Assembly: GCF_001194135.2 (NCBI RefSeq)
Contig: NC_068998.1
Coordinates: forward strand, 32,855,799-32,919,798
Origin: Octopus bimaculoides
Lineage: Eukaryota
Reading direction: 5' to 3'
DNA: 64,000 bases
The position numbers and the translations under genes are program-made. Positions 24,363-37,109 of the stretch are shown piece after piece (position 1 is the first letter of the stretch; the number at the start of each line of letters is the position of its first letter). Under the pieces are notes generated by a model. That model did not search any database, was not told the DNA's origin, and saw only the letters and a list, made by a program, of their open reading frames with translations.

Positions 24363-25194
24363 CTAGTGGCCTCAAATGAAATGTTTTGCATTATTAGTTT
24401 CACCTCTTTTCATTCCAAATTCGAATCCTCTGTAGGTCAACACTATCTTTAAACCTTCTAGTGTAGATAAATTAAAATAATATTAAGATACGAGGTTTAA
24501 TTTAAGCCCCCTATTGTTCTGTAAGTAGGTTCCAGTGTTTAGTATGGTACTATAGAGCTTAAATCTGTCACACACACACACACAAACACACCGCATCAAA
24601 GGTATAAATAAAAAGAAAAAAGATTATCATTGTGACTCTAGTGTCACAATTATGACACTTGTAATTTCAAAATACATGAATTTCAGCTTCAAATTTTGTC
24701 TAGTGACTCAATATTTTATCAATGATGAAATTAAAGTAAACAGTTTGTGTAATATTAAAAAACTTAATATTAAATTTCTCACATGATGATTTGAAAATTT
24801 CATTTGTATTTCAGTTAACAAAAGACAAAGATTTAGAAAAAAAATCACATTTGTCATGTAAAATAAATAGATAAAAAAGGTTGATATATCTGATGTATGT
24901 TATATATTTATCATACTTTCCATATCAGAAAAGGTATTAAAGAGGTATGAAGAAAAAAATAAATGAATGCAAACAGTATTAATAAGAATTTCATAAAGTC
25001 ATACCCATCTAAGGGTGTATTGTTGGAAAGGTGAAAACTACACTGTGGGTTTTTTTTTGTATTCTATCAAATTTACACTGAAGAAAATTCTCATGAAGCA
25101 TAATTCATGCTTACTATTTTACACACACACGCACACATGCTTGCGCACGTGCGTGCGCATACACACGCACACACACACACACACACACACATAC

Positions 25195-25322
25195 GAAGAG
25201 TTTCAGCCGGAGACTATAGTAGAAGGCACATGCGAGGAAGTGGTGGGGGGGAATGTAATAGGGCCAAACATAGAACCATGTGGTTGAGAAGCAAGCTTCT
25301 TACTGCACAGTGATGCCAGCAC
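25195..25322 (-). mobile_element. SINE family A head half
   Basis: Matches the copies at 38086-38430 and 47706-48085 (ctatagtagaag...catgtggttgagaagcaagcttct). Confidence 0.75.
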
Positions 25323-25335
25323 CTATGTGCTGTGT

Positions 25336-27160
25336 CTTTTCATCTGATGTCACTTTGCCAAATGTTTTTTCATTCACATCTTTTGTTCAGACGTCTTTTT
25401 GTATGGTGATTTTTATGGCCAACGACTTTTTGTCCAATTTTAAATAAGCTCTTTAGAAAACAAGGTGGAATATCTTTAATGATATATTCACAGAACTATA
25501 ATGAGCCTAGTTATAGGATTGTTAGTATCCTTCTTTTTCCCAAAATGACAAAGTTCATAGTGTTGACCAAACACAAAAGAAAAGCAGTTGATGAAAGTAA
25601 TTAGATTTACAATTTTCATTCAAGCAATATAAAACTAGGAAAAGAATACTGGAGATGTGAGAAAAAACGACTGTGTTCGTGTGAATTCATGTGGTAATGG
25701 AAAATAATGAGTCAAAAATTATCTATTTTTCTAGTGAGCACCTTCATCCAGCTGATGTAGATTCATTCAATGCTAGAAAAGCAGTTGCAGAAATAAAACA
25801 TGAAGTGGTGGAGAACATAGCAGCAAGTTTGTGTAGTATAATAGTGGCTAAGTTTATACAGGTAACAGAAAATACTTACATTTGACAAAAAATTCTGGAT
25901 TTTCCGCTAAATCAGGGACTAGAATTGGTTTTGAAATGCCTGAAGAATATTGTAAGCTTGATAATGGTAAACAGTTTCTGAGATACAATTCGGGTATCGA
26001 GAATCAACAGTGCATACTAGTATTTGTATCAGAAAGTGCTCTTTGGGATATAGCATCATATAATCATTGGGCATGTGATGGAATGTTCAAAATTGTGCCA
26101 GAACAGTGGTTTTAACTGTTTAGCATTCATGTACAAGTTAAAGATAACAGTTTTCCATGGGTCTTTGCATTACTGCCGAATAAAACAAAGCAGACTTATG
26201 AATTATTTTTCGAGCAATTGAAAATTATGTGACCTAATGCATATCTGATTGGTCTCATGGTAGATTGCAAAGTTGCAGTTCATAAGGCATTTAATCCATC
26301 ATTCCCTGATTCATCTATTGTGGTATGTTTGTTTTATTTGAGCCAATCAGTATTTCAAAAAATTACAGATTTAGGCCTCAAAGAAAAATACAATAAAGAC
26401 TTTGAATTCTGTCTTAAAATTCAATGTTTTGTTGCATTAGCCTTCCTACCCATTGAAGATGTCGAACAGGCCTATGAAGAAACAGATGATAAAGAAATAC
26501 CTGCTGAATTCATCACTCACTTTGACATTGTGAGAGGACGTGTTGCTAGATGTAGGAGAGAACCATCTAAATTCCTGGTAGCTCTATGGAATGTTAATCA
26601 GTGTATTCTTCAAGACCTTCCCAGAACAAATAATGCTATGGAGGGATTTCATTCTGCAATAAAGTGTTCAGTAGGTGGAGCACATTTGAATATTTGGAAA
26701 TTAATCAAAACTCTAAAGGAAGAGGAAGAGGAAGAGTTCGTTCAAGGTAAAATAACTCAAATTCTTTGAAGAGATCCATTAAATTTATGTACACAATATC
26801 GAAGAAAAACTGAATGCCTCAAAACATTGGTTATTGAATATAGGTCAACAAGAAAAATAGATTTTTTGAAGAGTGTGACATAATTTGCATCAATTTTAAG
26901 TGATCATAATAACTCATTTGTTATGTCTAATTCCTTTTTTAAAATGACATTTTTTAAAATACATTTTTCCACAGTATTTTACTTGAATCCTATCAATAAA
27001 ATTCTCAATGATTATTTGATTTTGATGTTCACCTTGTTTTCTAAATAGTCTATTTAAAATTGGATAAGAAGTCATTGAATAAAAAATCATCGGACAAAAA
27101 GATGTTGGACCAAAAGATGTAGATGAAGTGATGTTGGACAAAATGACATTGGATGAAAAG
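25336..27160 (+). mobile_element. MULE (Mutator-like) transposon with a FLYWCH + MULE transposase pseudogene and ~140-bp TIRs
   Basis: ATG at 25545, EYWRCEKKRLCS FLYWCH motif, HWACDGMFKIVP, VFALLPNKTKQTYE, CLFYLSQSV and PRTNNAMEGFHS motifs. Left cttttcatc...gaaaacaaggtg matches the reverse complement of 27020-27160. Confidence 0.92.
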
Positions 27161-27464
27161 TTGGGTCATGGTATATAAGTATATATATATATATTTGTAT
27201 ATGTGTGCATGCATGTGTATGTATGCATATATATATGAATCCCTAGTGTGAAACTGATTGCTAAGATTAGCCATATATTTTCAATGTATTACAGTACACT
27301 TTGGATAATATATTTATAAATATATATATATATGAAATGATACATCAAGCTAAGTAAAAGCATGGTTGTTCTTGGATACAGGCATGTTTCCTGCATCCCT
27401 CTCCAGCTGAGCATTCCTAATCTCTTAGGCTTGTGGGTGCTGGTGCCATGTAAAATGTGGTTCT

Positions 27465-28380
27465 AGGTAATTGGACTCCTTGAAATTTCATTCTCAGTAT
27501 TTTGACTCCAGTAATTTGACTGCCAGTCAGTTTCACTCCTAGTAATTCCACTCCTAATAATAGAAAAATAAAGCATTGATATTCATTATTATAGTTGTTG
27601 TTGTTGTTGATGATGATTTACAAAGTAATTCAGTTAACTGACAGTATCATTTCAGTCATCCATTCAGGTGTTTTATTTAAAGAGTTAAAGATTTACCCGT
27701 GATCCATTCCTGCCTCATTCGTTACTTAAAAAGGAAATATACATACACCTTACCTCATGTTTTTAACAGTATCCATGGAAAGAAGAAATTTGTGGGTGAC
27801 ATGAATTACATATATGAAACAAAATACTGCTGGATCTAAGACGTCTTCTAGAGACACACATTGACAAAATCTAAGGGTGCCTCTCTGGGGTCTTTCAGCA
27901 TACTGGATACCAACCTGGAATTTCTGTTTCAAGTCACTTGTGAGGTCTTTCATAAGTGCAGCTGATAACATGGAATCCACCACAATCTATTGCAGTTGTA
28001 ATATTTGTCAAATGAGTGGATATATTAATCAAAGTATACAACTGATGAAATATAGTTGGGGAGCATTTGAAAGTTCCATCATCTACCCAGTGTTTTACAT
28101 TTACTAAGTCATCAAGCCCTTTATCAGTTGCAAACACAAGTAGTCTGTCTACATCAGTTTCACCACTATCAAACTGTAAGAAAATTTCACCACTAATCAA
28201 GGAACTTGTATTCATTGGGTGTCTCAAAACCAAATCGACTCTGAGGCATTGGAGGGGCACTTAGTTTTGCTTGATGCCAGTTCCTTGTATTACGACTTAC
28301 ACATGAAGAAGAGGGCATGTGAGCCATTTCATTTTCATCAAGCTTTTCACAAGCAGTTGCAAATAACTCTCTATTGTGCA
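27465..28380 (-). mobile_element. Second, different MULE fragment in opposite orientation
   Basis: FLQFDSGETDVDRLLVFATDKGLDDL...HWVDDGTFKCSPTIFHQLYTL. ~15-bp-period ACTCC repeats at 27467-27555 look like a TIR subterminal array. Confidence 0.85.
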
Positions 28381-28930
28381 CGTGCATACTCACACATACA
28401 CATTTATATATATTCACTCATATAGGCTTCCATATCATGTTTCCATCAACATACAACTGAGGTCTTACTAATAAAGGGGTGAATTAATATATATTTGGGA
28501 AATGTAGAGGGTAGAAAGGGAAAAAGAAAAAGGCATAAGAGAGAGTGGAAGGGTGCACAGCTGGAGCCAGAGAATGTGATGATGCTAGTTTAGTGCTGGT
28601 AGGAGGTTTTAATGAAACAGAATAAATTTATGTGAATGGGAATACCAGGTGAGAAACTCTTCTCTGAAATTTAAATAGTTTCTCAACTTTTAAATCTATG
28701 CAACACATTTTGTTTTCCTGTGGTACAAAGTCTGCATTTCCTTGATCTGTTTATGTATGTTTCCAATCTTTTGAGAACCTTTCATTCGATGCTGTAGCCA
28801 GTGTTATGTTTTTTTTTTTAATCTTTTATTACTATCTAGCCATGTTTGGCTAGTGTTAAGGAATTCATTTTGAATTCATGCCTGAAGAATGATCTACAGC
28901 TGTAATATCTTTGCTTTAATTTTTCTTCAG

Positions 28931-28990
28931 TCATGCTTTTATACCTGTTCTTTTCAATTGTCTGATTTGGTATATTTATGATGACGTCAG
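28931..28990 (+). CDS. Candidate internal exon (HAFIPVLFNCLIWYIYDDV)
   Basis: Strong ttgctttaatttttcttcag acceptor, CAG|gtatgt donor, 60 nt with a single open frame. Confidence 0.4.
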
Positions 28991-30029
28991 GTATGTACAA
29001 CATCCACCTCATGTATGCTTGATCAAACGAGTGAGCATTTCGCTTTCTGCATGAGTATTCTGGATTTCTTGTTAAGCAGGTGTACAATTTAGCATAACAT
29101 TCTACATGATGTTATTTTGGACTGTACTAAAGAGAGAAAGAAAATAAATAAGAGAGAGAAAGAAAATAAATAAGAGAGAGAAAGAGAGAGAGGGGAAGGG
29201 GGAGGGGAGAGAGAGAGAGAGAGAGAGAGAAGCAATTAAAGAGGTATCATTTTGACACTGGTTTCAAATATAGAGAGGCAACTCCTAATTCTTGCATGTA
29301 CCATTCAATATTTGAAAACAGTAGAAAAACTGTTATAATATTCAAGAAAAGCTCAGTATCTAATTGAATCTTTGTCTCATGGGAAGTCTATTTAGATAAT
29401 ATTAACTATGATATAAAGGATGTTCCTTGAGCAAAACATTTCACTGGCCTATAATTTCATAACTATTTATAATGTCATTCTTAGAAAATTGTTGTTGTTG
29501 ATGTTATCTAGCCCTAAGTAAGCTCTGATCAAGCAGACCTATAATCTAAGGCAACCAACATTGTTCTTTAAGTCAGCAAGGAATGGTCTGAGGGAGATTT
29601 AGCTGATACTTTTGGTAAATTGATTGACTGTGTGGGAACTCCATCTCAATTTAAATGTTAAGTGTTAATAAATAAGAATGAAATCAGACTGTTGTTCTGT
29701 GCAATTTTTTTAATCTTATGATTTTGTTTTGTTCTTAACTTTGATCTTCTGACAATAGCTGAATGGAAACTGAATTTAATCCTAAGATATAATACCAATC
29801 CATGGCATGTAATCTGCTTTTTATTCTCTATTGCTGCAATGCACTCCCAGTTAGTCACTATAATATCCACAGTGAATTTGAAATCAGTATTTTTCAAGAA
29901 ATAGCTCAATACTATATTCCACACCAATGTATTAGTGTTTGCTAATTATTATTTAATGGCATACATATTAAAATCATCAGAAAATTTCTGGAAACTTCAC
30001 ATTAGAATGCAGCATTGTGAAATATTTTA

Positions 30030-32310
30030 TTCATCATCATCATCATCATCATTTAATGTCCTTTGTCCATGCTGGCATGGGTTGGACAGTTTGGTCAGGG
30101 CTGGCAAGCTGGAAGGGTGCACCAGACACCAGTCTGTTTTCACATTGTTTCTACAGCTTCCTAAGAGTGTAATGGGTGCTTTTGCATGCCACCGACACAT
30201 GCCATTTTGTGTGACACTGGTATCTGCCATGACTGTGGTTTTACTTGGCTAGATGGATCTTCTTCTTGAGCACAGCATAATGCCAAATCGACTCAGTCAT
30301 TGCCTCTGTGAGGCCTAATGCTTGAAGCACAGCATGATTCCAAATGGACTTGGTCCTTGCCTCCGTGAGGCCCAACACTTGAAAGGTGCCATTTGTGTGA
30401 CACTGTTATATGCCACAACTGTGATTTTACTTGGCTTGATGGGTCTTCTTCTCAAGCACAACATAAGGCCAAATGTCTCGGTCATAGCCTATTTGAAGCC
30501 CAACACTTGAAAGGAGCTCAACCACTTTGCCTTCGTGAGGCTCAGTGTTTGAAAAATGCTTTTTATGTACCACCTGCACGGAGCCAGTTATATGAAACCA
30601 GCATCAGCCATGATCGCAATTTCACTTGGCTCCACTGGTCATCTCAAGCACAGCATATTGCCAAAGGTCTCAGTCACTAGTCATTGCCTCTGTGAGGCCC
30701 AATGTTCAGGGATCATACTTTACCACCTCATCCCATGTCTGCCTGGGTCTATCTCTACCACAGGTTCCCTCCACAGTTAAGGATCAGCACTTCTTTACAC
30801 AGCTGTCCTCGTCCATATGCATCACATGACCATACCAGTGCATTTGTCTCTCTTGCACACCACATCTGATTTCCCTTATGCCTAACTTTTCTCTCAAGAT
30901 TCTTACACTCTATCGTACATGCACACTGACATTATACATCCAGTGAAGCATACTGGCTTCATTTCTTTCAAGCCTACGCATGTCCTTGGCTGTTACAGTC
31001 CATGTTTCATTGCCATGTAGCATAGCGGTTCACATACAGGCATCAAACAGTCTGCCTTTTACTCTGAGAAAGAAGCCCTTTGTTGTCAGCAGAGGAAGGA
31101 GTTCTTTAAACTATGCTCAGCCTAATCTTATTCTGACAGCTACACTCTTGAAGCATCCACCTCCACTACTAACTTGATCACTTAGATAACGGAAGCTATC
31201 TACTACCTCTAGCTTACCCCCATGGCTGTTGATGGAGTCTATTTTCTGTACATTTTCAGTGTTTATTGTACCTGTGTATCTACCACACACAAAAACTATT
31301 TCCCTGTTAATCTTCCTCTAGCATTGCTGCACCTTTTATATGTCCAAAGCTTACACCAGGTGCATCTTACAGAGTTACTGCTTACACCTTTTCTACAGAT
31401 CGAGCTTTTCTACAGATTCAGCTATAAGAACAAGGTCATCAGCAGTGGCAGCCTGTCTTAAATTCCTCTGTTATTACCTGGAGGACTATGATGAACAAGA
31501 GGGGGCTGAACACCTATCATTGATGAACCCCTACTTGTACACTGAATTCTTAGCTGTACTTGTTGCCTACCCTCACCTTACTGGCAGCGTCTCTGTACAA
31601 GGCTTGTACAGCTCCCACCAGCCACTCATCTATGCCTAGTTTTCACATTAACCACCAGATAAGGGATCGGGGACCCTGTCAAATACTTTCTCCAAGTTAA
31701 AAGCTAAGTACAGAGGTTTATCTTTTATTATGTATTTCTCTTGCAGTTGCCTTACCAGAAATACAGCATCAGTAGTGCTTCTCCCTGGCACAAAACCAAA
31801 CTGCATCTCATCTAGACTAACTCTCTCCCTAATTAGCTGGGCTATGACTCTCTCCATAACTTTCATCACCTGATCCAACAATTTGATACCTCTGTAATTA
31901 TTTCTATCTAAGGCATCGCCTTTACCTTTGTAGCAGTTGACTATGGTGCTGCTACACCAGTCATTGGGTATAACTCTTTCATGAATCACTTGATTTACAA
32001 TATGAGTAACTAGACCATAACCCACACCACCAGATATTTTAAGCATCTCAGCAGTGATTCCCAATGGTCCAGGAGCTTTTCCTATCTTCATGTACTTAAT
32101 TTCTTTATCTACCAGTGTACTGTCAATTCAGGTAGCTGGTCCCTCAAATGAATCAACATTTGGTAAACTCTCCTCCTCCCATTCATTCTCTACATTCAGC
32201 AGTCTTTCATAATGGCATTTCCAAGCCTCTTTATTTTCAGAATCACTAAATGCAAGTGTACCATCATCCATGCAGACACATTTCTCTCCTTAGGCATCTC
32301 AATTTTCTAT
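30030..32310 (-). mobile_element. 5'-truncated RTE-clade LINE (RT domain and 3' tail), degraded
   Basis: MKIGKAPGPLGITAEMLK...NYRGIKLLDQVMKVMERVI...QFGFVPGRSTTDAVFLVRQLQEK...LEKVFDRVP; (TGA)n tail at 30030-30050. Confidence 0.95.
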
Positions 32311-33143
32311 CACTCATTGATAGGAAATATAGTTACAAATAAGAAGAATGTATTCATGTATTCAACTTTTTAATTCAAGTGAAATTACTGGGACTGATCT
32401 CACCCAGTGCATTAACTCATGAGTCCTTCATTCCACTTCATACAGAATCCTTAGCAATGTTTTTGAACAAATATTATTCATAAATTCATGCATATAATAT
32501 AACAATAATACCATTTTCCCAAGCTGTTCAGAATTAAACATCTTGGCTATGAATGCAATACAGTACAAATGGCAGGATGTGGACCAGTAACATTGTGATT
32601 ACTTGATATCTTAAATCTATATAGACAATACAAATTGTGCATAAATCATTATTCTGTTATCTCATTGAAGAAGAGATAAAATGTGTAAGCATTTAAGTTC
32701 ATGCATTAAGATCCTGTGTCTTGAGCTCAAATTTAGTGTGGTTATTTTGATATCTGTTGGTAAAAATAGTTAATTCTCAATTCATCCAGTCGTCAGGACT
32801 AATTGTCTGATTTGGTAGCTATTATAAACTAGTTTCCTTTTCAATAGTTATCTATATTCTGCTTGATACTATAAAAACAGAGCTCAGCACAAGCCCTTGA
32901 ATAATCTTCAAAGTTCTTGGAGATATTTAAACTTATCTTCCTTGAGTCACATTTCAGAATTTTATAGAAAGAAAATATTTTGTTATCAGCCATTGGGTTG
33001 AAAATTACTATCTTTTATTTAAATGGAATAAAATAAATAAATAAATAAAGTTTTTTTCGTTAGTTTTCATTCTGTATTGTTAAATATTTCAGAAAGTCAA
33101 CATCGTTTCAGACAAATGTCTAAATTTTCTAAATTCTATTTAC

Positions 33144-33302
33144 CAAATGATATTGATTTGCCTTCTTCCTTTTGAAAGTTTTTTCTATTTAGCAACATAA
33201 CAATGTATTGTGTGAATGGGAGGCTTGAATAAAACTTCGTTGATGATATTAATTGAATTTTAGTTGATAAAACTTCACAAACAGGCTCTTCTTTACAAAG
33301 AT
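33144..33302 (-). CDS. Candidate minus-strand exon (DLCKEEPVCEVLSTKIQLISSTKFYSSLPFTQYIVMLLNRKNFQKEEGKSISFG)
   Basis: ttttactaaacag acceptor, G|gtaaat donor, 159-nt open phase-1/1 segment. Confidence 0.2.
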
Positions 33303-34559
33303 CTGTTTAGTAAAAATACCATTGTTTAATTTATTCGATTTTTGAAATGTTTGTCTTCATATCAGTATGAAATAAGAACAAAGCTTACATGAATACTTCT
33401 TTGAAATCTTAACTACTTATGTTAAAATAAGGTGTAAGTTTGAAACTTTATCTGAAAAATAGTATAATACAACATATGTTTACATATTAAATTTCTTTAC
33501 AAAAATAGGCAAGAAAGAAACAGTTTCACCTTACTGCTTATCATTTCTTGTGTTGTCTTGTTTCTGAAGTTTGAATTAAATTATCGAGGGATTCTTTGAA
33601 ACTGTATTGTAACATAGTCAAAGCTCTATGTATGCATTTTCTATTTGTATGTAACTAACACAAGCTAAAACATCAACTATACCAACAGAATTGCAGTTTA
33701 CAGGACAATGAAAAGTGTAAACTTATTTAGACTCAACCATATTAAGAATGTTATCCTTCACTTAATTATATATTCTTCACATGGGAGGCATCCACTGGAC
33801 AACTTTCCAGTGTCTTTATTTTAAATTGCCTTATCAATGAATTATTTTCATACAAAAACTATATTCTGCCAAAGAATTTTAAGGTTTGGTAGTTGTGTTT
33901 CAATTTCTGCTTCATATGACTGAAACATGTCAAAAGTATTCACACATACCAGACTCACTATCCATTACTAATTTTCATTTGATCAGTATAAATTCCCTCA
34001 CTTGTAATAAATGCTAAGTACTTTTATTCTCACTCCAGGCATAATGTAAATAAAGTAAAAGATTTCTTTTGGTTCACTTTATAAAATAAATTAACCAGCA
34101 CTTAACTATATGTTCTTCATACAGATTACATCCCTAAGAAATTTTCCAATATTATTAATGAACAGTTTAGAATTTGATTAACTTTTAACTAAAGTTCCGA
34201 CTTCAACAAAGAATCAAAGAAACGTAGAAGAAATCAAGTTATAGATTACTTTTATTCCTTTGTAATTTTGATTCAGCTGAGATTCTAAAGATTTAAATGC
34301 ATTGTTAGGAATATTTCAAAACTGATACCATAATGAAATAAAATGAACAATGATTTCAGGAAACCTTTTCTTTCTAATGTTTGTAACTTCGGATTTGTTT
34401 GGATTATTTTGAATTGTTTAGCAATATACTAGTGAAGGTGCATGGCATACAAGCATAAGATTGTAGGTTCTGTTTTTGGTCCAAGACATGCAGTGTACTT
34501 CTTAGTAAAGTACATCATTTCATGTTGTTCCAATCAACCTTGTTGTAAATGAGTATTAC

Positions 34560-35190
34560 CTTGGCGCTTGTCCAGCGTTCTCTTCCTCTAGTTGTCATAT
34601 CCTTCTGGATGTGCCACTGTCTCAAAGGTAAGAGGACCAAGAAGATGTATCGAGAACATTCGTTTCACCTCTCCCTTCTCTGAAGTCATCGTCCTCACTG
34701 ACTTCAATGCCCACAACTCCTTATGGCTATCACATTCATTCATACCAATGCTACTGGGGCCAAAACTAAATCCTTTGCTTTTCTCAACTCTTTACACCAA
34801 CTTGTTTCATTTCCTAGACAGATACCAAACCATCAAACAGACTTTCCAAACACTCTTGAATCTCTTTTTTTACTTCTAAAGCTAAGAATTAAATGGTAAC
34901 CTTCTTTGCTCATATTGGGTGGGACAACTGATCACTGCCTTGTTATAAATACTCAATATACAATCACATAAAACACAACATTCCCATCCCTTTAGACCCT
35001 GTTGTCAGCTAACTGGTCAGGTTTCCATCAGTGTCATACCACTTACCTCAGACAGCAAATGTGCTTCATGCTTGACCTATCAAAAACATCTAAACAGGAA
35101 ACTGAAACCATCCTTCTAGACATGTCTAAACCTCCCCCTCTCCATAACAAAAGCCTAATGCCAATATCCCAAGTCACCTTAATGTTTTAC
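34560..35190 (+). mobile_element. CR1/L2-like LINE AP-endonuclease relic
   Basis: SEVIVLTDFNAHNSLWLSHS and (other frame) TGAKTKSFAFLNSLHQLVSFP...PNTL resemble the GDFNxH and QLVxxPTR...TLDL endonuclease motifs. Confidence 0.7.
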
Positions 35191-35219
35191 TCATAGTTGT
35201 ACTGCAGTTGTTTGGGGTA

Positions 35220-35730
35220 AAAATAACAGGATCTAAAATGAAAGATAAGCCTGTTTCTGCAGACAATGAACATTTTGGATCTTTGAATAACATAGTTAAC
35301 CAATCTTTTAGAACTAAGAGCAAAATTTGATCTTTTCTATATGGGCTCATATTAATGGAAAATTTGTCAAAAACTGTTTTTTGAAGAAATGATTCAACTC
35401 AAGGCAAAAAAACAAAAAAGTTAAGGATATTATTCTGGCAGAGAGGCAAATGGTACTTGCACTTGCACATGAAGCTAAGCCTTAAGCCTACAGATGGGCA
35501 CTCTAAGACCTTTATGAAATTATATACATGAAAAGTTCAGAGGGCCTTCCCTAATGTGGAAAGCAATCTTTCAACCATTTCTTAGCTTAAGAATAACCAG
35601 GAAATTGACCAGGAAAAAGGTCTTTTCATGACCTCAAGTGAGGTTTTCTACTGATCCCTTTGATTATTGAAAATGGTAAGCTTAGACAAATTTTGATGAG
35701 CTTTCATTATGAATAAGGCTAGAAAATAAA
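35220..35730 (+). mobile_element. Degraded hAT transposase C-terminal relic
   Basis: KVQRAFPNVE...FLSLRIT...KVFS resembles FPNVExxLRIFLxLxxTNCSGERSFS; followed by IENGKLRQI. Confidence 0.5.
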
Positions 35731-36144
35731 AATTTTAGTCTTAGCAATTTGATGATTGTAGTGTCTATTTCTTAATATCTATTCCAAAATTGTTTGTTAC
35801 ATTGCCACTGACAGGTGGTCGTGATCAATATATTAATACTCAAGCAATTAAATTTGTAAACACAAGTTTTTTGTAAAGAATAGCAGTAAACTTAAAATTT
35901 CATTTTCCTGAAAATTCTTGCTTATTCAACAAAATGTTTAAAAAGTTCAGTTATTCAAAAACTTTTCACAGTTACTTTTAACATTTGTGCAATTTTTCAA
36001 TCATTTTTATATTCAATAATAACATCCTATATCCTTTAGAGGAAGATTTGAGAATTGTAGATATTTACACACCTGTCAACATCCTTGGCTTTTTTCAATT
36101 TTGTTTAAAAACACCTTTCCATCTTCTTTGAGTCATGAAGTTAG

Positions 36145-36228
36145 GAGATTGGGAAATATCTCACAAGTGGAATAGCCATGGGCTTTGCTAAATCTGGCAT
36201 TGCTCTCTTGATATCTATATTCACACTA
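36145..36228 (+). CDS. Candidate internal exon encoding a transmembrane-like segment (EIGKYLTSGIAMGFAKSGIALLISIFTL)
   Basis: gaagttag acceptor, consensus gtaagt donor, 84-nt phase-0/0, hydrophobic C-terminal half. Confidence 0.35.
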
Positions 36229-37109
36229 GTAAGTGATGATTTTTCAAATGTTAGATCTATTGTTTTTGTTTTTTAATCTTACATATGAAATGTTTAAATG
36301 AACAGCAGCACTTCCTTGACTCCTTTGTGCATTCCTACTTTTACATGTAAATATTAATCTATTTTTTCATATTCATTTCTATCATGATGATGAGAGATGT
36401 TTAAATATTCACCTACAGCCAAAATATTCAATAGAAAGCATAGTGCAAATAAATTTAAAAACCACAATTTCACAAACGGAAGTAGAACTATGACTGACAT
36501 TCTTCTTTGCATTCAATCCTGACCTTAATAATAATGATTGATGAAGTAGGGTAGTATGATATGATAAAATAGAAGAATAGCAAATATATTTATTTGTAAA
36601 TTTTTATAACAGTTTCATAGCATTAATTCAGCCACCATATTGCCAGCTTAACAAATCAACACTATCTGCTACACCAACTCAACACAAACTTTAAGCACTA
36701 ACAAAACCATTGCTACCACCACACCTGCTATATACCATGATCCACATTGCTATAGCGAGCACTATTGTTGCTTTACCCTAAGTAATGATTATATTCACTA
36801 CCTTAATAATAACTGTGCGGAGGTTAATATGAAAATTTTAATAACATCACAATAGTTGACACTAATAAATGTATAGCTTTAACACATTTTAAATAAAATG
36901 ATTAGCGTAAACTAATTTTGGTAATAATAACTTTCATATATACATATATATATATATATATAAATATATACATTTCTGTTTAGCTTCTTACATACACACA
37001 AATACATATATATACATATAATATATATCTATATATCTGTCCTACCCATGCATGCATGGAAGATGGACATTAGATGATGATGATGATTAGGATTGACACA
37101 GAGACTTAA

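Noticed and set aside
28836-29087. 83-aa minus-strand ORF MYTCLTRNPEYS...
   Set aside because: No homology recognised; the splice signals favour the short plus-strand exon instead.
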